39,455 nucleotides of DNA from Candidatus Hydrogenedentota bacterium (GTDB taxonomy: Bacteria; Hydrogenedentota; Hydrogenedentia; Hydrogenedentales; GCA-2746185), in contig JAYGCN010000316.1 of NCBI GenBank assembly GCA_046583315.1, forward strand, positions 1 to 39,455, in the 5' to 3' direction. The stretch's first letter is position 1, and each line of letters starts with the position of its first letter. Made by a program: the position numbers and the translations under genes. The notes under the pieces are model-generated. The model saw only the letters and a list, made by a program, of their open reading frames with translations, was not told where the DNA came from and did no database searches. This document shows, piece after piece, positions 38,329 to 39,455 of the stretch.

Positions 38329-39455
38329 ATGACCACTCAAATGGTTCTTCCGCTTCACTGGACATTCGCCGTATTGGGGCTTACATTATTATTGACGGGT
38401 TGTACCGAACAGTCAAAACCAATCGATTATGATCTCGCGTATATTTCCCGAACCGATGCAATAACACGGTCACGCGAAGCAATAGTGCATGAAATCCAGG
38501 CGAATGGTGGGTGGGCTTCTTGGGTGGAGGCTACGCAGTCCTTTCGACTTGACCTTAAACGATACAATCAAGCGAAGCCGACACTCCCTACGAAAAACCG
38601 CTTGATAAAAGGATACGAGGGATTCTGGGTGCATCCCGCCAGTGTTCGCGGATACAGTATGCCTATCGTATTGAGGCAGGAATCTCCAAGAACGATACAA
38701 GAGTCAGAGGCCGTTGTCGATTCTATCATTGGGTTCAACACCTTTCTAAATGAATTAGGAATTGACCTAATCTTCGTCCCCGTTCCGTCTCGTGTAGATG
38801 TGTACCCGGAACACTTCTCAACGGCCGCCCAGCGTGATATTCATCCTGACCCGTACACCAAAGCAGTAATGCTGCGCCTATTGGAGGAAGACATTGAGGT
38901 AGTTGACCTCTACGACGAACTCATCAGTGCAAAAAAAGAAGCAGGTGAAAAACTTATCTACTACAGGGCAGATCCTCATCCCCGGTCGATTGCAAAAGAC
39001 ATCATCGCTTTAGAGATCGCGAGCCGATTGATGAGATATCCATCGGTTCGGAACGGCTATCTTGGACGTCCGATATACCGCACCAGACAATTACCGGGAC
39101 CAAAGATTCTCGAATACAACATCGCGCCGGATGATCCGGATGCGTTGTCCGCGTGTACCGAATGCGGGTACACGGAGATTCTGGATGAACACGGTGAAAC
39201 TCTTTTCGCGAAAGACGCCAGTCGAATTATCATTACGGGAGACAGCTTTGTGTTCGCCCCACTACGGCGTGTCAACAAACAGCCAGCCGCCGGTATAAGC
39301 CTGTACAGTCATATCGCGCGAGCGATCCGTATGAAGTCCGCCGTAATTTGTCAACAGGCTGGAGGCCCCAAAGCCCCTCTAATGGTGGCAACATCTCGAG
39401 ATTATTCACTTGAAGACAGGGACGTAGTCGTTTGGATAATGAGCGCCTACTTTAT
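38329..39455 (+). CDS. AlgX/AlgJ-like SGNH O-acetyltransferase lipoprotein (3' truncated; absent from ORF track)
   Basis: Manual translation is open from ATG 38329 to the window end: lipobox LLLTG-C, GIDLIFVPVPSRVDVYPEH, VVDLY, YYRADPH (DxH), IITGDSF, DVVVWIM. Confidence 0.75.
   Translation, partial: MTTQMVLPLHWTFAVLGLTLLLTGCTEQSKPIDYDLAYISRTDAITRSREAIVHEIQANGGWASWVEATQSFRLDLKRYNQAKPTLPTKNRLIKGYEGFWVHPASVRGYSMPIVLRQESPRTIQESEAVVDSIIGFNTFLNELGIDLIFVPVPSRVDVYPEHFSTAAQRDIHPDPYTKAVMLRLLEEDIEVVDLYDELISAKKEAGEKLIYYRADPHPRSIAKDIIALEIASRLMRYPSVRNGYLGRPIYRTRQLPGPKILEYNIAPDDPDALSACTECGYTEILDEHGETLFAKDASRIIITGDSFVFAPLRRVNKQPAAGISLYSHIARAIRMKSAVICQQAGGPKAPLMVATSRDYSLEDRDVVVWIMSAYF

Overview
Bacterial chromosomal window (roughly 55% GC by eye; a flagellated organism with Sec machinery; lineage not determinable from sequence alone). 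Core genes: partial MFS transporter, hemH, fliD-fliS under a perfect sigma28 promoter, a lone pilC/gspF-family gene, CDF transporter, TIGR01777 oxidoreductase, a MarR-aas-esterase unit, mazG-like, surE, cysC, cysD-cysN(C), a fucose-isomerase-like gene, an oxidoreductase-SelD fusion, a plsB-like acyltransferase and tRNA-Sec (selC). At least five genes are interrupted. The most unusual signals are: (1) the 5' half of tRNA-Sec plus ~90 bp of upstream DNA is directly repeated 1486 bp away, bracketing an integrase-free two-gene islet, suggesting a stack of elements that integrate at the anticodon loop and supply the tRNA's 5' half and promoter; (2) a palindromic repeat family with covarying stems, one copy lying inside a protein N-terminus; (3) sharp local switches in third-codon-position strand bias, several at repeats or accessory-DNA edges; (4) a second sigma28 promoter in front of an unannotated 61-aa CxxC...CxxC protein. 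An AlgX/AlgJ-like lipoprotein gene missing from the ORF track runs off the right end.
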